A stretch of 64,000 nt of DNA from an uncultured Chloroflexia bacterium (lineage in GTDB: Bacteria; Chloroflexota; Limnocylindria; Limnocylindrales; CSP1-4), in assembly GCA_963749705.1 (NCBI GenBank), contig CAVVNQ010000002.1, positions 224,001 through 288,000 of the forward strand, given 5' to 3'. The position numbers and the translations under genes were made by a program. Shown in pieces: positions 59,301 to 64,000 of the stretch (its first letter is position 1; each line of letters starts with the position of its first letter). The notes below the pieces were generated by a model. That model saw only the letters and a list, made by a program, of their open reading frames with translations. It was not told the origin of the DNA and ran no database searches.

Positions 59301-60956
59301 ATGACGACCACCCGCCGGCTGCCCGTGCTCGAGATCCTGCCGCCGTCCGTCGGCTCGGGGGGCCCGCGCGAGCCGCTGGACCCCGAGGACCGGCGGCTGG
59401 GCGAGTTCCGCCCCGAGCCCCGGTCGCTGCCGTCGTTCTTCGTGTGGACGCTCGGCTGCCAGATGAACAAGAGCGACTCCGAGGAGATGGCCGGTCGCCT
59501 GCTGGCGGCGGGCTGCGCCGAGGCACCCGCGATGGAGGACGCCGACCTCGTGGTCATCAACACCTGCGCGATCCGGGAGGCCGCCGAGGCCAAGGTGATC
59601 GGACGGCAGGGGCAGCTGAACCGGCTCAAGGCGGCAAACCCCGGGTTGCGCGTGGTGATGACCGGCTGCTCGGTCCGCGAAGGCAACCGGGACGGTCTCG
59701 CGCGTCGCTATCCGGCGATCGACCTGTTCCTGCGGCCGGACGAAGAGCCCGAGCTCATCGACCGCCTCGGCCTGGCGTCGGCGCAGGCGCCGGTCGGCAC
59801 GCTCGCGATGACCGCCGCGACGACCGTCGTCAACCGGGCGCTCGTGTCCGACGCGACCCATCTCGTCCGCGCCCGCGCCGACGCGATCGCGGGCGGTGCG
59901 GTGAGCCGGACCTCCGCGATCAGCGCCTGGCTGCCGATCATCTACGGCTGCGACAAGACCTGCACCTACTGCATCGTCCCATTCAGCCGCGGCCCGGAGC
60001 GCAGCCGTCCGTTCGACGAGATCGTCGACGAGGCGCGGGCGCTGGCGGCGGCCGGCTACCGAGAGGTCACGCTGCTGGGCCAGAACGTCAACAGCTACGG
60101 CCACGACCTGGCCGCGCAGCCCCGGTTCGCCCACGTCGTCACGGCGCGCACGGTTGGGCGCCGCCAGGATCGCGAGGCGCGCCCGGACCTGGCGGAGCTG
60201 ATCCGGGCCCTGGACGGCATCCGGGCGGCCGACGGCGCGCCGGCCATCCCGCGACTCCGGTTCGTGACCTCGCACCCGTGGGACCTGTCGGACCGGCTGA
60301 TCGAGGCGATGCGCGACTGCCCCTCGGTGTGCGAGGCGCTGCACCTCCCCGTCCAGTCCGGGAGCGACGCGATGCTGCGCCGGATGGGCCGGCAGTACAC
60401 GATCGAGCACTACCTCGAGCGGCTGGGCCGGATCCGCGAGGCGGTCCCGGGCATCGCCCTGTCGACCGACGTGATCGTCGGCTTCTGCGGGGAGACGGAT
60501 GAGGAGTACGCGGCCACGCTGCGCCTGCTCGAGACCGTCGAGTACGACCAGGTGTTCGCCGCCGCCTACAGCGAGCGCCCCGGGACGCCGGCCACGCGGC
60601 TCGTCGATGACGTTCCCGCGGCGGAGAAGCGCCGGCGGCTGGTCGAGCTGCTGGCCGTCCAGGAGGGGATCGGGCTCGAGCGAAACCGCCGATGGCTGGG
60701 CCGGACGACCGAGGTGCTGGTGGACACGATCATCCCGCCGCGTCGCCACGATCACGAGGACGAGGACGAGGCGGCCGGCAGCGCCGAGTCTCGGGATGCC
60801 TTCGCGCACCTCCCCGAGGGCGTCGTCCACCTGGCCGGCCGCTCGCGCGAGAACAAGCTCGTCCACGTCGCGGGCGCCCCGTCGCTGGTGGGCGCGCTGG
60901 TCGCGGTCGCCGTCGAGCACGCCGGCCCGTACGCGCTCCGCGGACGCCTGGCCTGA
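59301..60956 (+). CDS. miaB: tRNA-2-methylthio-N6-dimethylallyladenosine synthase MiaB
   Basis: TLGCQMNKSDSE, NTCAIRE, radical SAM GCDKTCTYC, LLGQNVNSYG, HLPVQSGS, TRAM domain. Adjacent to miaA. Confidence 0.95.
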   Translation: MTTTRRLPVLEILPPSVGSGGPREPLDPEDRRLGEFRPEPRSLPSFFVWTLGCQMNKSDSEEMAGRLLAAGCAEAPAMEDADLVVINTCAIREAAEAKVIGRQGQLNRLKAANPGLRVVMTGCSVREGNRDGLARRYPAIDLFLRPDEEPELIDRLGLASAQAPVGTLAMTAATTVVNRALVSDATHLVRARADAIAGGAVSRTSAISAWLPIIYGCDKTCTYCIVPFSRGPERSRPFDEIVDEARALAAAGYREVTLLGQNVNSYGHDLAAQPRFAHVVTARTVGRRQDREARPDLAELIRALDGIRAADGAPAIPRLRFVTSHPWDLSDRLIEAMRDCPSVCEALHLPVQSGSDAMLRRMGRQYTIEHYLERLGRIREAVPGIALSTDVIVGFCGETDEEYAATLRLLETVEYDQVFAAAYSERPGTPATRLVDDVPAAEKRRRLVELLAVQEGIGLERNRRWLGRTTEVLVDTIIPPRRHDHEDEDEAAGSAESRDAFAHLPEGVVHLAGRSRENKLVHVAGAPSLVGALVAVAVEHAGPYALRGRLA

Positions 60957-60961
60957 GCGCG

Positions 60962-61972
60962 ATGCCCCCGGCCGGCGATCCCGCGCCCGCCGCCGAGGGG
61001 TCGACGGGGCGCCGACAGCCGGCCACCGGCGGGCCCGCGCAGCTGCCGCCGCTCATCGTCATCGGCGGTCCGACGGCCACGGGCAAGACCGCGCTCGCCA
61101 TCGAGCTCGCCGAGGCACTCCGCACCCGCGGCATCCCCGCCGAGATCGTGTCGGCCGATTCGCGGCAGGTGTACCGGGGGCTCGACATCGGCACCGCCAA
61201 GGCGGGTCCGGACGAGCGCGCCCGGGTCGTCCACCATGGCCTCGATCTGGTCGATCCCGACCAGCCGTTCACCGTGGTCGACTTCCGCGGGCACGCGCTC
61301 GGCGTCCTGGCGACCCTGTCGGCGCGGGACGGGATCGGCATCCTCGCGGGTGGCACCGGGTTCTGGCTGCGCGCCGTGTTCGCGGGCATCGACACGGACG
61401 CCCTGCCGTCGGATCCCGAGACCCGGCGGGGGATCGAGGCCCTGTTGACCAGCGATGGCCTCGACGCCGTCGCGTCGCGGCTGACCGCGATGGCCCCCGG
61501 CCTGGCCGCACGGACCGACCTCCGCAACCCCCGCCGCGTGGTCCGCGCGCTCGAGATCGCGTCGCTCCGCGGTGATGCCCCGCTGCCGGCCCGCGTCGGC
61601 TACCCGGCGCCGGTCCTGGGCCTGCAGCTCGTCGTGGAGCCGGCGGAGCACCAGCGGCGGATCCTGCGCCGCGCGCGCGCCCAGTTCGCGGCCGGCCTGG
61701 TCGACGAGGCGAAAGCGCTCCGCGAGCGGTTTGACCCGCGGCTGCCGGCGTTCTCCGCGATCGGCTATCGCGAGAGCTGGGCCGTGCTCGACGGCGAATG
61801 CACGCTCGAGGAGGCGATCGCGCGCGACGCCCGGCGCAACGTCCAGTTCGCGAAACGGCAGCGGACGTGGTTCCGGGCGGAGCCCGCGCTGTCGGTGGTG
61901 GATGCGACGGACGCCGCATTCGAGCAGGCGACGCTGCCGCTGGGCGCGTTCCTGGACCTGGTCGGCGGCTGA
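60962..61972 (+). CDS. miaA: tRNA dimethylallyltransferase MiaA
   Basis: GPTATGKT, SADSRQVYRGLDIGTAK, GGTGFW, RRVVRALE, AIGYRE, FAKRQRTWFR. Confidence 0.96.
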   Translation: MPPAGDPAPAAEGSTGRRQPATGGPAQLPPLIVIGGPTATGKTALAIELAEALRTRGIPAEIVSADSRQVYRGLDIGTAKAGPDERARVVHHGLDLVDPDQPFTVVDFRGHALGVLATLSARDGIGILAGGTGFWLRAVFAGIDTDALPSDPETRRGIEALLTSDGLDAVASRLTAMAPGLAARTDLRNPRRVVRALEIASLRGDAPLPARVGYPAPVLGLQLVVEPAEHQRRILRRARAQFAAGLVDEAKALRERFDPRLPAFSAIGYRESWAVLDGECTLEEAIARDARRNVQFAKRQRTWFRAEPALSVVDATDAAFEQATLPLGAFLDLVGG

Positions 61973-61981
61973 CGCTCTCGA

Positions 61982-63919
61982 TCAGGCGGGGAGCGGACGC
62001 AGCTCCGGCGCCTCGAGCATCGTCGGTGAGCGGTCCACGGTCGGCCGCGCCTGCTGGGCGAACAGGAACAGCGCGAGCCGCGCGCGCGCCCGGTGCTGGC
62101 CGGGCAGGAACTCGAGGCCATGGACGAGACCGCCGCGGGGATCGCGGCGGACCGAGCGGACCACCGCGCGCAGGACGAGCGGCGCACCGGGCTTCGAGAG
62201 CACCAGCCTGACCTTCGACCCCGGGACGATCTCCGTCCCCGCCACGACCCGGGCGCCGGCGGCCGACACGTCGCGGGCCTCCGCGGCAAAGTCGCCCAGC
62301 AGGGCCGGCAGCGCGACATCGAAGCGCACGCTGGCTCGCCGCTCCGGGGCGTACCGCAGCGACCGGATGCGCACGATCGCGAGGCACACGAGCGCGACGT
62401 TGAACAGCAGCCAGCAGAAGGCGGCGATGACCGCGCCCGGCTCGGCATAGGTGACGAACGTGCGGCCGAGGAGCGTCAGCGCAAACCATGCCGCCGAGAG
62501 GAACGACGCCACCAGCAGCGCCCGAAGCGGCAACGGCACCCGGACGCGACTCCGGCCATCGCCCAGGCGGCCCTTGGGGGTGACCACGAACGCCGGTCGC
62601 CGGCGGGTCACCAGGGTCAGCGTGGCACGCAGGTTCGACGTCATCCGGACCAGCTCGAACACGATCGACAGGACCGGCCGGTGGCAGCCCCGGCTGAGGG
62701 CGAGCAGGGCCAGCTGCTGGAGCAGGAACGTGGACACGAATGCCGTCGCAAAGACTCGCAGGTCGGCGCGGATCGGGACGGCGCCCGTGAGCACGACGAC
62801 CATCGGGAGGATCGCGAAGGCGAGCGTCCGCCAGGCGTCGAACCAGCCGAGCAGCGTGGCCGCGTACGACAGCCGCTGGGGCAGCGTCAGACCGGACACC
62901 CACAGCGGATTCTCGCGGCGCAGGACCTGCATCGCGCCGGTGCCCCAGCGCAGGCGCTGGAGCTGGTACGTGTCGGCATCGCCCGCCGCCAGGCCGCGCG
63001 CGAGCACCTCGTTGTGGTACGCGGTGCGCCAGCCGTGCCGGTGGAGCCGGATCGTGGTGTGGATGTCCTCGGTGATCGTGTCCGTTGCGACGCCGCCGAC
63101 GTCACGCAACGCGGCGACCCGGACCACGGCGCCGGTGCCGCACCAGAACGCACCGCCCCAGCGGTTCTTGCCCGGCTGGAGCATCCGGTAGAACAGCGCC
63201 TGCTCGTGGAACCGCTCGCCGTCGCCGGCCACCGCATCGTGCTCGAAGGAGTCGTGGTTGTAGAACTCCTGCGGCGTCTGGACGAGGGCGATCCGCGGGT
63301 CGTCGAAGTAGCCGACGGTCCGAACCAGGAGGTTGCGATCCGCGACGTGGTCGGCGTCGAGGACGGCGATCAGGTCGGCGTCGATCACGGTCAGCGCGTG
63401 GTTGAGGTTGCCCGCCTTCGCGTGGGCATGGTCCGTGCGGGCGAGATAGTGGACGCCGAGCGACCGTGCGAGCCGCTCCACCTCGGGCCGTGCGCCGTCG
63501 TCGAGGACCCATGTCTCGTGGCGCAGCCGGATCGCCCTGGCGGCGGCGATCGTGGGCAGCAGGATCTCGATGCCCTCGTTGTACGTGGGGACCAGGACCG
63601 CGATCCGCAGCGGCGTCGACCGGACGTCGCGGTGGGCCGGCCGCCGGTCCACGTCCCACAGCGAGAACGCGAACAGGGCGAGGCCGAGCGTCGCGTGGAT
63701 CTCCAGCACCAGGAGCGGGATGGATGCCCACCACACGGCGAGATCGAGCGTCGCCGTCGCGCGCCAGGTGAGGTAGATCACGCTCGCGACGAGGGCGACG
63801 ATGGCGATCCCGCGGACCACCAGCCGCCGGAGCAGGGGCTCGGGTTCGGGCAGCGCGGGGCCGGGCGCGGGGGCGCGCAGCCAGCCGAAAGCATCGGTCA
63901 GGGCTCGTTGGTTGGGCAT
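61982..63919 (-). CDS. BcsA-like processive GT2 glycosyltransferase with C-terminal PilZ domain
   Basis: PTYNE, LDDG, HAKAGNLN, LDADH, VQTPQ, ITED, QRLRW (QxxRW), FVVTPK. PilZ motifs RRASVR and DVSAAG. Confidence 0.9.
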   Translation of the reverse strand: MPNQRALTDAFGWLRAPAPGPALPEPEPLLRRLVVRGIAIVALVASVIYLTWRATATLDLAVWWASIPLLVLEIHATLGLALFAFSLWDVDRRPAHRDVRSTPLRIAVLVPTYNEGIEILLPTIAAARAIRLRHETWVLDDGARPEVERLARSLGVHYLARTDHAHAKAGNLNHALTVIDADLIAVLDADHVADRNLLVRTVGYFDDPRIALVQTPQEFYNHDSFEHDAVAGDGERFHEQALFYRMLQPGKNRWGGAFWCGTGAVVRVAALRDVGGVATDTITEDIHTTIRLHRHGWRTAYHNEVLARGLAAGDADTYQLQRLRWGTGAMQVLRRENPLWVSGLTLPQRLSYAATLLGWFDAWRTLAFAILPMVVVLTGAVPIRADLRVFATAFVSTFLLQQLALLALSRGCHRPVLSIVFELVRMTSNLRATLTLVTRRRPAFVVTPKGRLGDGRSRVRVPLPLRALLVASFLSAAWFALTLLGRTFVTYAEPGAVIAAFCWLLFNVALVCLAIVRIRSLRYAPERRASVRFDVALPALLGDFAAEARDVSAAGARVVAGTEIVPGSKVRLVLSKPGAPLVLRAVVRSVRRDPRGGLVHGLEFLPGQHRARARLALFLFAQQARPTVDRSPTMLEAPELRPLPA

Positions 63920-64000
63920 GCGTCAACTGTCGATGGCGGTGCGCCGACGCGCCACGCTCCGGAAGGACTACCTGACCCGGCCGATCGGGGGGTGCGCGAG

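Overview
A very GC-rich bacterial chromosome segment made almost entirely of core genes. Gene content and order suggest Chloroflexota, possibly Limnocylindria (inference, not verified). From left to right: a truncated secreted BNR/beta-propeller protein; ettA; a peptidoglycan-binding protein with three 95-aa TPR-like repeats; flavodoxin and DoxX; a CAAX protease; a CysRS-C-terminal/GT2-fold fusion; an SBP/peptidase MA/DUF881x2/DUF951/MFS/amidohydrolase cluster; an oxidoreductase and two RNA methyltransferases; tRNA-Val(GAC); a sortase-type surface protein; T-box-thrS, infC-rpmI-rplT, pheST, cvpA-mpg-mutS2; a class A PBP; tyrS; a his operon with a TrpR-like regulator and a divergent hisA; a divergent EF-G paralog; yebC-ruvC-ruvA-(S9 peptidase)-ruvB-tgt-sORF-recA-recX; rny-ymdB-PHP-miaB-miaA; and a BcsA-like GT2-PilZ gene. 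I found no transposase, integrase, prophage or CRISPR-Cas. Five single-base insertions break conserved genes and are probably sequencing errors. The most unusual signals are a structured 590-nt recX-rny intergenic region with an array of equal-length hairpins, widespread leaderless promoters (some driving small ORFs coupled to the next gene), a putative tRNA-binding glycosyltransferase-fold protein, a TGT with a queuine-type pocket, and an eCIS-like motif fused to PG-binding and TPR repeats. All calls come from reading the sequence by eye; no searches or folding programs were run.
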